Origin: Candidatus Methanomethylophilaceae archaeon
Lineage (GTDB): Archaea > Thermoplasmatota > Thermoplasmata > Methanomassiliicoccales > Methanomethylophilaceae
Assembly: GCA_944320495.1 (NCBI GenBank)
Contig: CALUHR010000005.1
Coordinates: 1-64,000, forward strand
Direction: 5' to 3'
DNA length: 64,000 nt
Shown in pieces: positions 30,889 through 42,047 of this stretch. Numbering within the stretch: the first letter of the stretch is position 1; every line of letters begins with the position of its first letter. A model generated the notes under the pieces. It was given only the letters and a program-made list of their open reading frames with translations, was not told where the DNA came from and did not search any database. The position numbers and the translations under genes were made by a program.

Positions 30889-33800
30889 TCGGACGATCAT
30901 CGACTTCACGGAAGCGGCCTCGTAGACGCCGAGACCGCACTGGCTGATTATCTCGTAGACGGTCATCCCCTTGGGGAGACCCATTGCGATCCGGGACAGA
31001 TGGCCGTCCTCATCCGCCGCCGGCGAGGACATCGCCGCGCGAATGTACGCCACCATCCCCTTGGCGGAGTCCGCGTCCCTGAAACCACCTGCAACGAACA
31101 CCTTCTCCAGCGGGAGCACGGGCTTGCCCTCGAGGTCCTTCCATCCGATCTTGATGACGATCTCGCCCGACTTGGCCTCCATCGCTTCGAAGTCCGGATA
31201 CGAGGGCCCTACGGGCCCGATGTCCTGTAGCTCCGAGAGATATCCGGAGACCTGCTCCGCGGTCTCCTTGTCGAGGCCCAGGGCGTCCAGTATGTCCGGG
31301 TCGTCGCAGGAGGTCCTTGTCGTATACGCCCTGCGGAGGGCCTTCTCCGCGTAGCGCTTGACCGCATCGCTGTATCCCCTCCTCCGCCCGCTGATGAGCT
31401 CCTCCGCCTCTTCCCGATGGCCCGCGGCCTCGAGGATCCGAGCCAGCGGGACCTTGCAGTCGTCCGGGGCACCTCCGCGGTCGGACATCGCATGGAATGC
31501 GGACATGATCATCTCGTCGTCACCGCGGTCCCTGCCGATCTGGGCCTTCAGCAGCATGGCCGAGTACCTTCCTGGATCCCTGCGCAGGATGCGCGAGACC
31601 GTGCCGGTGGCGCCTGTGAGGTTACCGGACGCCATCTGCTGCCTCGCCAGGGCCTCGGCGGTGCCGAGATCCTCCGGATCGAGGGACACCGCACGGGAGT
31701 AGCTGGTGGCGGCCCTGCCGGATTCCCCCATGGCCTCCAGCACGCGCCCCTTGAGGATGTGGACCTCCGGCGTGTCGAGCCCGGCGGCGATCGCCGCATC
31801 GGCTTCGTGTAACGCGCCACCGAGATTCCCCTTGGCCTCCCTCGACAGCCCCATGACCAGATGGAGCCCGGGATGACCTGGGTTCCGCCTCATGGCGTTC
31901 TCCACTAGGAACCCGGCGCCGTCGGGATCCCCGGTGGCCAGGGCGACCCTTGCCTTCTGGCAGTTGATATCCGGATCGTTCGGCATCACAGCGAGGGCGC
32001 GGTCTGCCATCCTCATGGCCCCCTTGAGATCACCCGCCTCCAGCAGCGAGGCGGACATCGCCATCAGGGCGCCCACGTCCTCCTTAGGCCTCTCGGGCTC
32101 CGGCTCCGGGACCTCCTCCCGAGGGCCGACGGCCCCGGAGGCCATCCTCTCCCTCTCCTCTGATATCATCCTGGAATCCGGGAGCCTCGCGGCGGCCTCG
32201 TCGAGCGATGCGATCGCCGCCTCCCTGTCCCCCTTGGACAGGAGCATGCGCGCGAGCCTCACAGCCGCGGTCTCGGAGGCCTCCACGGCCTGACGGGCCC
32301 TGAGCACCTCGGCCGCGACCGCGGTGTCACCGGATGCGGCGAGTATGTCAGCCTCGATGTCCATGATGCGCACCTCGGCCGGCAAGGCTATCCTGGCCTG
32401 ATCGATGAAATACAGCGCCTCGGCGTTCCTGCCCGCCGATGCAAGTATCTTCGACTTGCGGACGAGGGCCGCGGTGCACGACGGGTCCAGCTCCAGCGCC
32501 CTGTTGAGCGACTCTATGGCCCCGTAACGGTCCCCCATCCTCTCCTGAACGGCGGATTTCGATATCCAGAACTGGGACTCCCCCTGATCCAGGAGGAGGG
32601 CCCTGTTGTAGGCCGCCTCCGCCGACTCCAGGTCCTCGCGGGCCTCGTCCGCCATCCCCTTGGAATGCCAGAGAACGGGGTTGTGCGGGTCCATCGCGGC
32701 CGCCTCGGAGAACGTCACGGACGCCCTCAGGTACTCGCCTGTCTGATATTCGGCGTTGCCCCTCAGCCTCCTGAGCATCGGATCCCTCGGATACTGCCTG
32801 CAGATGGGGTCCGCCATGGACACCGCCTCGCGGGACATCCCGCAGGACAGCATCTCGGACAGGACCACGATGGCCCTCTCGCGGGAGCCGTCGTCCCTCA
32901 GGACGCCCGCGAACATGTCCGCCGCTTTCTGGCGGTCCCCCTGCCCGCAGGTGGCGACGGCCAGGACCGTCCTCGTCGCCAGGTCCGACGGATCGGCCTG
33001 CAGGAGCGAGCGGCACGCGTCGGCCGCCCCGGCGTAGTCCCCAGTTGACATGTGCAGGTCGCGCATCAGCCCCAGGGCGTCCGAGTTGGTCGGATCGGCC
33101 TGCAGGATGCGGGAGCATTCGCGCTCCGCCGACTCCGGACGGTCCATCAGGTACAGGACACGGGCCAGCTGGGCACGGGCGGTATTGCTCTCCCCGTCCC
33201 TGCGGACTGCCCTGACGGCCGCGCTGCGCGCAGAGAGGTAGTCCCCGGAGCGCATCAGCATGATCGATCTCATCGTCAGGGTGACCGAGTCGTCGCCCAC
33301 GTACATCGAGTATCTGTCGAGTATCGTCTCGGCCTCCCCGTCCATGCCCCTCTGGAGCAGGAACCTGACGGCCGACACGTGATCCTCCGAATCGCTGAAC
33401 TCGCTGTCGAGCATCGCGCGGAGCGCGTTCATCATCTCGATGCGGTCCCCGGCGAGCGTCCTGGCCTTCACCGTGTCCGACAGGACGCGCCTGGAATGCC
33501 CGTCCGCCCTGGACAGCAGGTCGAGCGCACGGGTCGGGTCTCCCAGGCCGATGGCGGCCTCCGCGGCCTCTACGAACACGAATGGCGGTGGCTCCATGGA
33601 GGCCAGCTCCGAGTACACCATGGAGGCCGAGTGCCAGTCCTTCTCGTCCATGGATATGCGCGCCGATGCCAGCAGGAACTCGGGATCCCTCTCCTCGTAC
33701 CACCTGCTGCCCACCAGGGTGCGGGTGGCGGAGTCCCTCCTGCCGGAGAACCAGTCGCGGTAGATCCCGAACAGCTCCTGTACCCTGCCATCCCCCGGCG

Positions 33801-34332
33801 GGTTGGACGGGCGCTCGCCCTCCAGCACCGCCTGGATGTTCTCGCGTATCGACCAGTCGCCCTCTGGATCGGCCTCCCTCAGTATGGCATAGGCATCCCT
33901 GCACTCCGGCCCGTATCCGTACGCACGGCCGGCGGCGACGGCGGCACCCTTGGTGTCCCCGCGGGCCATGCATATCGTGGCCTCCGCCAGGGATCTCATG
34001 ACCATCTCCCCCGAGTCGGCCGACATGGCGAGGACCTCCTCCGCCCCGTCTGGATCGCCGGCCTCGAGGAGCACCTCCGATGCGCGAACAGACGGCATGC
34101 AGTCCGTGGCGCGGGAGCGGGAGACAATCCCCTTCATGATCTCCTTGTCGGTGATGCCCTCCTCCGCCAGCGCATCGATGAGCATGACCAGGACCTGTGA
34201 GTTGACCGTGTCCTCGTAGTTCGCCACCTCCGCCGCGAGGGCCGCCGGCCCGCCCTTCGAGAACGTCCTGCCCTCCAGGGACTTCCAGACGCGATAATCG
34301 AACGGGCTCTGTAGGACGGGGTGGCCTGACAT
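30889..34332 (-). CDS. Large tetratricopeptide-repeat protein (1147 aa)
   Basis: Many TPR motifs (AYNRALLLD, SLNRALELDP, YSRAVSLDP); first CGA at 30889-30891; the standard-code ORF reads 474 nt into truD. Confidence 0.88.
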
Positions 34333-34426
34333 GATGGCCGTATGCTGGTGTGTCTATGTAAAAGGTTTCAAGTGGTCTCCGGAGGACCACTATTGTTATA
34401 TATGACGACTAAATTGGGGATTTCAG

Positions 34427-34499
34427 GCAGCTGTGATCTAGCTGGTTAGGATCTGAGCCTTCCAAGCTCATTGCCCGGGTTCGAATCCCGGCGGCTGCA
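34427..34499 (+). tRNA. tRNA-Gly(TCC)
   Basis: Acceptor stem GCAGCTG/CGGCTGC, anticodon arm TGAGC-cTTCCaa-GCTCA, T-loop GGTTCGAATCC, no encoded CCA; TATA box TTATATAT at 34396. Confidence 0.96.
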
Positions 34500-34827
34500 C
34501 TCATCCCTTCTATCATCGATTTCTTGAAAACGCAAGCTCCGAATCCCCTCGCGTATCATCGGATCTTCATAGCTTTCGCCACCGCAACCCGAATTTCCGG
34601 ACGTTTCCGGCACCGTTCCTTGATCTTCGTTATCGTTGCCAATGAGGGATACATAGAGACAATCCGGAATCATCCGATCCTCTTCATGAAGAGGATGATG
34701 AAGAGGATTAGGACCTGACGGCATACGGTTACAGACATTCGCCCCGAAGGCTATTGAAGGCAGAATCAGCCGTTCCTCTGATGCTCACCCATCTGGATGG
34801 GAGAGGTTCAATGAAATTTCGACTTAT

Positions 34828-34872
34828 CCTGAATTCCCGGCATGTGGAAGTAAAACATGCCGGGAATTCAGG
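34828..34872. repeat. Perfect 18-bp inverted repeat
   Basis: CCTGAATTCCCGGCATGT-ggaagtaaa-ACATGCCGGGAATTCAGG. Confidence 0.9.
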
Positions 34873-35156
34873 TTAAGTTAATTCAGAAACCTTGTACTAG
34901 GATGGATCGGACCACCAGGATCCTTATCCACGGGAGGGGGTGGGATGCAGCATCAGACGATCCCGAACATCATGGCGTTCGATGCCCGTATCGGGATGTA
35001 TTATTAGATTGCTATCTCCCGACACCCCGATTACAAACCGATTGTTCTGCCATTATTCCGTCTTTCTTTCCGTTACGGTACGGGACGGAGGCGTTCTGGC
35101 CTCCTCCTTAACCATCCTTAAATAATCACCAATCGTGGAAATCACGGTGACCGACT

Positions 35157-37916
35157 GTGTCCGCCCCCACGCCGAAGCGCATTGCTTTACTCGTTACCGC
35201 ACTCATGGTCGTCTCAGCCGTCGCTCTGATCCTATCTGCCTCCGACTACGAGGGACAGGACGGAGCGGAGACCACGGAAGATCCGGTGACTGAGGTATGG
35301 ACGGATGCCAAAGCCGTGATATTCGATTCCTCGAACTCTTCAGCTACCAAGACATACTATACCTCGATACAGGGGGCAATCGACACAGTCATCGAAGCCG
35401 TCGAAACGGATGCCGAGACGACCTGGAAATGGACGATCTACGTCAAGGCCCAGACCATCGATACGACCGTCAATGTGCCTTACCAAAGCAGCACCTCATC
35501 ACACCCTGCCAACAGCCCCGGCCTCGTGGAGATCACTCTGAAGGGGATATCGGGCGATATCGAACCTGCAGAGGAACCGACAAACTCTGAAACTGTAACA
35601 TTGTCCAAATCGCAGCATCTCGAAAGCCCGATGTTCCATGTCGAAGGCAGATTGATAATAGAGGGCATCGAGATAGTAGGTGATGATCAATCCACCGATT
35701 CTAGCTGCGCCATAGAGGTCGTCGGCACCAATCCGCATATTCGCAACGCCGAACTCTTCCTTGCAGGGACATCGATCACCGGATACAACGGAGTGGCTAT
35801 CGATGTCAGTGGCGGCAACGTGACCGTGGATGCATCCAGCACCCTGGATTCCACCATTTCGTCTGAGGGCGAGGGCATCATCACCGCCAGGACCTCCAGC
35901 GTCAGTGTGTATGGAAGCGTCTTTGATCCAAAAGACGGAGACGGATATCACATCCTCGCAAAGTATGATGATGTGATTGGAAGCAACGGCGGAGCCGGAC
36001 TGATGGTGTATGTCAACGGTATGGAGCAGGCGGATCGGATCAACATCTGCCTCGAGGATCGGACGGACTTGAAGGAATACACGCATCTGACCATCGAATA
36101 CGAGGGCGACGTGCCCCAGGACTATGCTGGATCCGAACTCATCGACATCACATTGAACAATGATGATCTGGAAAGCGGATTCACACTGGGTCAACGGATA
36201 ATAGACGCCTCCGATCTGGGGATGGACGTCGTCAGTCCTCACGACAGCCTGGGTATGGATGGCCGTTATCAGTACTATCTAGTCACACCGATCGTAGGGG
36301 ATCTATCCACCTTCGTCGTCAAGAGTGATGGGGAGCCCGTCGCCAATGAGCTCGTAATCCTCTCAAGAACCACACAAGGCCCCGTCTTCGCCGGGATAAC
36401 CGATGAGAACGGCATCCTTGCCCATGACGTTCTGGACGGGATGTACAATCTGCAGATAGGGTATAGGTCGCGCGGTTCCATCGCGGTGTCCAGTGCTACC
36501 ACGGAGATAGAATCCGACAATAATGGTACACCACCCGTCACGGGAGACGTGAACCTGTATATCTGGAGCATAGATGCGACGGCCCTGATTGAGGAGGTTA
36601 ACATCTCTGCAAATGGAGTACACTCATCAGATAACCAGATAGAACAGTTCTACAGCCATCTGTCGACCGAACAGGACCTTCTCAGGTTTATTGACATAAC
36701 GGGGCTACCGGGTGGAACCTCCATGGTCTTCTCCCTGGAGTTCCCCTCGACAGACCTCGATGACAATCATATCATCGTATTCCGCGAGCACGATGGTCAG
36801 ATAACCCAGCTGCAGAACGGTGACCCGCACTCGTCCAGCGGGGAATGCTTCGTGGTAGAGACCGTCGGTGAGAATGTCTATGTCACGATAAGGGCCGAGC
36901 AGTTCTCCATATTCGCCCTGGGATCCGAATCGCCTGCACCGGAGCCCGAACCGGAACCAGAATACACGACGGTCACCGCCGCCCTCGAGAACAGGATGGT
37001 CCGTATATCCGTGGGCCCGGAGAGCTACAAGGAGTACTGCATCCGTGACACCGACGGGAACATCCTCCTGGGATGGGCGTCCGGCGCTTCCGGCCTCATC
37101 ATACGGTTCGACCCCCTCCCACCCGGTGCGGAGTACAGGGTCATGGGACGCCACATCGGCACGACCGCCGAGATACTCGAGGCGACGATTGTAGCGCCGA
37201 AGGATCCTGCGATTGATGTGGTCTCGGCCGGCGTGGACAGTGTCACGCTCGCATCGGAGGAGATGGTCGAGTACAGACTGCTCCTGGGGGACGGCACCCC
37301 GGTAGGGGACTGGATCTCCGGCGACGGGGCCGCCAAGACATGGGCGGACCTCGACCCCACACTGGACTACTACGCCGAGGCCACCTCCACGTCGGACGGC
37401 ATGACGCTGTCCGCCGGACCCGTGCTCGTCAAGAACGGGACCATCGGCGAGATATCCGGCCTCATTAGGCACGGCGGCATGTATCTGGTCGTGACGGGCC
37501 TGGAGCAGGGATGGATCTGCGAGACGGACGCCACCATATACTGCTCCACAGGGTCGTCCCTGACCATCGGACCGCTCTCCCCCGGCACCGTGACCGTCAC
37601 GTTCGTCAGCCCGGACGGGGAGGAGGGGCGCAGCGTGGAGGTCATCGTCCCGTCGATCCCGCAGGACGCGACGGACGATGCAGACACAGTCACCATCGCA
37701 GCCGAGGACGGCGTGATGTACATGCTGCGGGACCACACGGGCGCGACCGTGTCCGAGGGATGGATCGACGGCGAAGGGGAGCTCTCCTGGTCCGTGGACC
37801 CGTCCAGGGGGTACTTCGTCACAATGATCACCGGGAACAAGGACGGGACCGTGATGTTCCCGATGACCGAGATCAAGCGTCCGGCGGAGATGATCCCGCC
37901 GTCGGAGGGGACATGA
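35157..37916 (+). CDS. Large secreted/surface (adhesin- or S-layer-like) protein
   Basis: N-terminal hydrophobic signal/anchor, acidic beta-rich body, EQFSIFALG motif, PAPEPEPEPE linker; lower GC3 in the 5' half. Confidence 0.8.
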   Translation: MSAPTPKRIALLVTALMVVSAVALILSASDYEGQDGAETTEDPVTEVWTDAKAVIFDSSNSSATKTYYTSIQGAIDTVIEAVETDAETTWKWTIYVKAQTIDTTVNVPYQSSTSSHPANSPGLVEITLKGISGDIEPAEEPTNSETVTLSKSQHLESPMFHVEGRLIIEGIEIVGDDQSTDSSCAIEVVGTNPHIRNAELFLAGTSITGYNGVAIDVSGGNVTVDASSTLDSTISSEGEGIITARTSSVSVYGSVFDPKDGDGYHILAKYDDVIGSNGGAGLMVYVNGMEQADRINICLEDRTDLKEYTHLTIEYEGDVPQDYAGSELIDITLNNDDLESGFTLGQRIIDASDLGMDVVSPHDSLGMDGRYQYYLVTPIVGDLSTFVVKSDGEPVANELVILSRTTQGPVFAGITDENGILAHDVLDGMYNLQIGYRSRGSIAVSSATTEIESDNNGTPPVTGDVNLYIWSIDATALIEEVNISANGVHSSDNQIEQFYSHLSTEQDLLRFIDITGLPGGTSMVFSLEFPSTDLDDNHIIVFREHDGQITQLQNGDPHSSSGECFVVETVGENVYVTIRAEQFSIFALGSESPAPEPEPEPEYTTVTAALENRMVRISVGPESYKEYCIRDTDGNILLGWASGASGLIIRFDPLPPGAEYRVMGRHIGTTAEILEATIVAPKDPAIDVVSAGVDSVTLASEEMVEYRLLLGDGTPVGDWISGDGAAKTWADLDPTLDYYAEATSTSDGMTLSAGPVLVKNGTIGEISGLIRHGGMYLVVTGLEQGWICETDATIYCSTGSSLTIGPLSPGTVTVTFVSPDGEEGRSVEVIVPSIPQDATDDADTVTIAAEDGVMYMLRDHTGATVSEGWIDGEGELSWSVDPSRGYFVTMITGNKDGTVMFPMTEIKRPAEMIPPSEGT

Positions 37917-38839
37917 GGATCAAGGACGGCATCAACCCCATCGACCGTGTGAACACCGTCGCGGCCGAGAGCGAGTCCAGTTCCGAGGAGAACGAGACCG
38001 CGGAGGAGATCCAGCAGACGACCGAGATGCAGAGGTTCGAGGAGTTCAACAGAGGGTCCGGGGGCGGGACCTCCTTCAAGCGGGAGAAGAAGTCCTCCAA
38101 GAACGCCCAGAAGGCCGTGCTCAGGACCATGATGGCGGTATCCGCCGTGGTCGTGCTGACGGTTTCGCCGATCTCCATCTTCGAACCTATATTCGGACCG
38201 GTACTCGACCCCGTCTTCGACCCCATCTTCGAATCGGACGCGGAATCGTCCGACGGAGACTTGGGGGAGCCGCCCTACGAAGGGGGCCTGACGGGGAGCT
38301 TCTCCGAGGTCGTCGCATCGGAGGACACGATATGGTACACCGTCAGCGTCGACGGTCTCCAGGGGGACGAGACGCTGACCGTGGACCTGACGAACAAGTT
38401 CACGGACCGGTCGTCGACGATCGGAGGGGACGGCTCCTCCGGCTCGCAGACCGGCCTCAAACCGGGGATGACCTACACGCTCACGCTCAGGGACGGCGGA
38501 CACACACTGGCGTCCGTCACCGTGAAGACGGAGCGCGAGATCGTCACGTTCTTCCACCTGGAGGATGCGGGATGCACCTGCCTCCTCGACGGGATGTTCC
38601 ACTTCTCCGCCGAGATAATCGACGGAGGGGTGCAGCACGACTTCACCGCGACGCTCACCGACTGGTACGGCAACGTCTCGACGGTCTCGATCGATCCGGA
38701 GGCCGGGGAATACTCCATACCGGTCACCGGGACCGCCCTCCTAGGGGACTCCGCGATACTCACCATATCCTGCATACGGGACCTCGAGGACGGCGGCACT
38801 GAGCTCGTGGTGCTCCACGAGTCGGAGTACATGATATGA
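37913..38839 (+). CDS. Membrane-anchored protein with Ig/FN3-like extracellular region
   Basis: ATGA-coupled; single TM (AVLRTMMAVSAVVVLTV); GLKPGMTYTLTL FN3-like motif. Confidence 0.7.
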   Translation: MRIKDGINPIDRVNTVAAESESSSEENETAEEIQQTTEMQRFEEFNRGSGGGTSFKREKKSSKNAQKAVLRTMMAVSAVVVLTVSPISIFEPIFGPVLDPVFDPIFESDAESSDGDLGEPPYEGGLTGSFSEVVASEDTIWYTVSVDGLQGDETLTVDLTNKFTDRSSTIGGDGSSGSQTGLKPGMTYTLTLRDGGHTLASVTVKTEREIVTFFHLEDAGCTCLLDGMFHFSAEIIDGGVQHDFTATLTDWYGNVSTVSIDPEAGEYSIPVTGTALLGDSAILTISCIRDLEDGGTELVVLHESEYMI

Positions 38840-38856
38840 TAGGAGGGGATTGAAGG

Positions 38857-39882
38857 ATGCAAAATAACGGAAGGAAGAGGTTCCCGATTGTCAAGGCGAT
38901 CGTGCTGGTGTTCATGCTGGCGGTCACCCTGGTCTCGTGGTTCCTCGCCGACAGGATCTACGGGGAGGGGTCGGTCTTCAACGCCGCCCCCACGGGGGTG
39001 GACAGCGTCGACGCAATCTACCAGTCCATGCCCGAGGCCATCGACTGCATAAGGCTGGTCTTCCTGCTCTATGTGTTCACGAAGGTCGTCCAGTTCATCG
39101 TGACCAGGACGATGAGCAGCAACAAGAAGAGCATGACCGCCGCCAAGATGATCTGCAGCTTCGTCAAGTACGTCGTGGCGATCCTCGCCATACTGTCCGT
39201 GCTCTCGGTGCTCGGCGTAGACACTGCGACGCTGGTCGCCAGCGCCGGACTCGTCACGCTGGTGGTCGGTCTCGGCGCCCAGAGCCTCATAGCGGACGTG
39301 GTGGCGGGGCTGTTCACCGTGTTCGAGGGCGAGTACGGCGTCGGGGACATCGTCGTCATCGACGGATGGAGGGGCGAGATCGAGGAGATCGGCATCCGCT
39401 CCACCAGACTGGTGGATGCCGGAGGTAACGTGAAGATAATCAACAACAGCGAGATCGTCTCCGTGGTCAACCAGACCCAGAACTACTCCGTCGTCACCAC
39501 GATCGTGCCCATAGAGTACGAGGAGTCCCTCATCAGGGTCGAGGGCGTCATCGAAGCGAACCTCGACCGCATCAAGGCGGCCATCCCCGAGATCGTCAAC
39601 GGCCCGTACTACAAGGGCGTCAACGCGCTGGGCCCGTCCAGCGTCGACCTCATGTTCATAAGCGACTGCGACGAGAACGACTACTTCATCGTCCAGAGGG
39701 CGATGAACAGGGAGCTGAAGCTACTCTTCGACGAGAACGGCATCAACATCCCCTACCAGCAGGTGGTCGTCCACCAGGCGGTTCCGCAGGACGCCTCCTC
39801 GGGGCCGGTGGACCGCTCCTCAGACGGGTTCGTGGCGGAGCAGAGCAGGATCTCCAAGGACCTGGAGGCCAACCAGACCTGA
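38857..39882 (+). CDS. mscS: Small-conductance mechanosensitive channel
   Basis: GLGAQSLIADVVAG...EGEYGVGDIV...GEIEEIGIRSTRL...INNSEI. Confidence 0.92.
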   Translation: MQNNGRKRFPIVKAIVLVFMLAVTLVSWFLADRIYGEGSVFNAAPTGVDSVDAIYQSMPEAIDCIRLVFLLYVFTKVVQFIVTRTMSSNKKSMTAAKMICSFVKYVVAILAILSVLSVLGVDTATLVASAGLVTLVVGLGAQSLIADVVAGLFTVFEGEYGVGDIVVIDGWRGEIEEIGIRSTRLVDAGGNVKIINNSEIVSVVNQTQNYSVVTTIVPIEYEESLIRVEGVIEANLDRIKAAIPEIVNGPYYKGVNALGPSSVDLMFISDCDENDYFIVQRAMNRELKLLFDENGINIPYQQVVVHQAVPQDASSGPVDRSSDGFVAEQSRISKDLEANQT

Positions 39883-40051
39883 CGGGATGCCTCCGCATCC
39901 CTCGAAACCCTTCCGCCCTGATCCAGGGGACCGTCCGCACGGTCTCCCGGATGGGGCGCCACACATCCTCCGGGAATCACCCCGATGACGGTCGATGCCC
40001 GACCGCACACCGTGAGACCCTCCGGATGCGGAGTGCACGATACAGTGATAG

Positions 40052-40644
40052 TCACAGAAAGAGCCAGAGAATCAGGCCCGTGGCGACGACCCCGCAGACT
40101 GCGCCGCCCACGAGCTGGCGGGGGTGTGCTTGCGCCTGACGTAGCGGCTCCATATCACCGGCGGGAGAAGCAGGAACGCCACCGTCCCCCATGGCCAGAA
40201 CGCCAGCGACAGGGGCATGGAGGGACCCGTCACGCCGGTCGCATGGATAATGATCTTCCACCTTGTGCTTATGAGCGCGACAAGCGCGGTGCTGATCGCG
40301 TAGCTGAGCATCATAACGGTCATGATGTGCGGGGCGTCGACGACCGAAAGCAGCGCCATGCCGAGGATGTATGAGAGTATCCCTACGACGAAGATCTGGC
40401 ACGGTCCTCTCTCTCCTGACCGCGTCGCCGTCGGTGTTGCCGAACTTGACCGAGTGGTGATGGACGGCGGCCACCGGGATCACCGTCGCTGTGAGGAGGA
40501 ATATGACGACCGGGACGAAGGCATCCTCGGCGCCCAGACCCAGCAGGACGAACATCATCGCCGAGAGAAACGGGACAGGAGTCGCCGCCGAAATCAGGCG
40601 GGACAGCCTGTCCGCCCCCCCCCCCGGCGATAGCTCCCCTTCAT
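40052..40644 (-). pseudogene. Frameshifted PAP2-like membrane protein
   Basis: Membrane-protein segments are split across frames (GNTDGDAVRR / IFVVGILSY...WKIIIHATG...RKHTP / QLVGGAVCG); indels near 40400 and 40117; G11 run at 40615-40625. Confidence 0.7.
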
Positions 40645-40668
40645 AAAGACTGGTCAAATCGCGGACCC

Positions 40669-41244
40669 TCAATCCCCGGCCTCCAGCACCTTTCCTATCA
40701 TGTCCTTCAGCTCCGAGGTGCCAGACGTGTTCTCGATGACGATCCATCCCTCCGACAGCCCCAGCATCCTCCTGCGGACCATCTCCAGCCTCTCGCGGGT
40801 CTCGAATACCTCATGTTCCTCCCCGCGGCCCTCTATGCGTGCGAGCGCGATACCGGGATCGACGTCCACCAGGATCGCAGTGTCCGGTGTGGGGAGCACC
40901 GCGACTATGATGCGATAGGCGACACTGCACAGGCGATCTGGCAGGTACGCCGCGGCCATGCTGTACCTCACGAAGACGAAGTCGTCGTATCCGCGCCCCC
41001 TCCTGCCGCGCATGACGCGGATGGAGCGCAGGATGTCGAGGATGAACAGCGATGTCGAGCACAGCATCGCGGCCTTCCCCTCCCTCTGCAGGAAGCGGAG
41101 CTCCAACCTCCCCATGCGGGTTTCCCTGCTCGGATGCGTCAGCACCAGGACCCTGCGGCCGCGGGACTCCAGCCCCGAGCGGAGCATCTCCGCAACGGTG
41201 CTCTTGCCGGAGCCGTCCATCCCGTCCACGACGTACCATGCCAT
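40669..41244 (-). CDS. tmk: Thymidylate kinase
   Basis: VVDGMDGSGKST P-loop, VLTHP, FVRYS, LVDVDP. Confidence 0.85.
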   Translation of the reverse strand: MAWYVVDGMDGSGKSTVAEMLRSGLESRGRRVLVLTHPSRETRMGRLELRFLQREGKAAMLCSTSLFILDILRSIRVMRGRRGRGYDDFVFVRYSMAAAYLPDRLCSVAYRIIVAVLPTPDTAILVDVDPGIALARIEGRGEEHEVFETRERLEMVRRRMLGLSEGWIVIENTSGTSELKDMIGKVLEAGD

Positions 41245-41249
41245 CGATA

Positions 41250-41951
41250 TCACAGCCCCAGGGCGACCATCGCGAGCGCCACGACCAGAGGGGTGACGAT
41301 GTTGTCGTACTGACCGGGGCACACGGCCTCCAGCACCATGGCGATCAGGCCGGCGATCACGGCCGCCGCCCAGAACGGGACGATCGCGGCGCTGTCCCCG
41401 GCGGGATAGAATCCCGAGGATGTGAGCCATCCGTAGTACAGGATGATGAACGCAGCCGCCAGAGCTGTGGCGGCGAACACCGCCAGGGATCCCTCCAGCG
41501 ACTTGCCGTTGAGGATGCGGTGCCTCCCGTACCTCCTGCCGACGATGCTGCCGAACCCGTCCCCGAAGGTCATCGCCACCACTCCGATGGTGGCCGCCGT
41601 CCAGTGGTCCCAGAAGAACGCCACCAGGATGGTTATCGTCACGGTGTATAGGAACAGGCCGGTCCGGTGGCCCTTGTTGTTGGCGAGGTCCCCCAGCTTC
41701 GATTCGGAGACGGCGTTCCCCCGGAACATCGCTATGAAGAGCAACACGGCGAACGGGACCGTGAAGAACACCAGCATGATCCAGTTCTCGGAGAACATCC
41801 ACCACACGAGGACGAAGAACCCGACCCCCACGTGGACGACCTTGCGCGCGTCCCCGCCGGTGCCCCGCCTCTCCATGACCAGCGCGACGGCTAGGGACGA
41901 GGCGATGATGGCGTACACGAGTGCCAGACCGACGAGATCCTGAGGGGTCAC
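41250..41951 (-). CDS. Phytol/dolichol kinase-like membrane protein
   Basis: ARKVVHVG, FGDGFGSIVGRRYG, KSLEGS, DNIVTP motifs. Confidence 0.85.
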   Translation of the reverse strand: MTPQDLVGLALVYAIIASSLAVALVMERRGTGGDARKVVHVGVGFFVLVWWMFSENWIMLVFFTVPFAVLLFIAMFRGNAVSESKLGDLANNKGHRTGLFLYTVTITILVAFFWDHWTAATIGVVAMTFGDGFGSIVGRRYGRHRILNGKSLEGSLAVFAATALAAAFIILYYGWLTSSGFYPAGDSAAIVPFWAAAVIAGLIAMVLEAVCPGQYDNIVTPLVVALAMVALGL

Positions 41952-42047
41952 CGGATATCGTCATGGGTCACGTGTTCCATTTCAAAAAACCCTGCGCGTC
42001 CCGGGACCGGTCTAAAGGTCAAATACACCCTGGTACATGGTCGGGGC

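Noticed and set aside
30886-30891. GATC-methylation base-calling artefact as the explanation for CGA ends
   Set aside because: Most CGA ends (hef, rpe, nfeD, ybjQ, cmk-like, rnz, thiF) are not in a GATC context, and the change is confined to stop positions; not fully excluded without raw reads.
34683-34710. Tandem ATGAAGAGGATG repeat after tRNA-Gly
   Set aside because: Only two short units; not a CRISPR array or meaningful VNTR.
35157-37916. CGG as a second reassigned codon
   Set aside because: CGG occurs internally in many genes (several times in this one and in the TPR gene and integrase), so it still encodes an amino acid.
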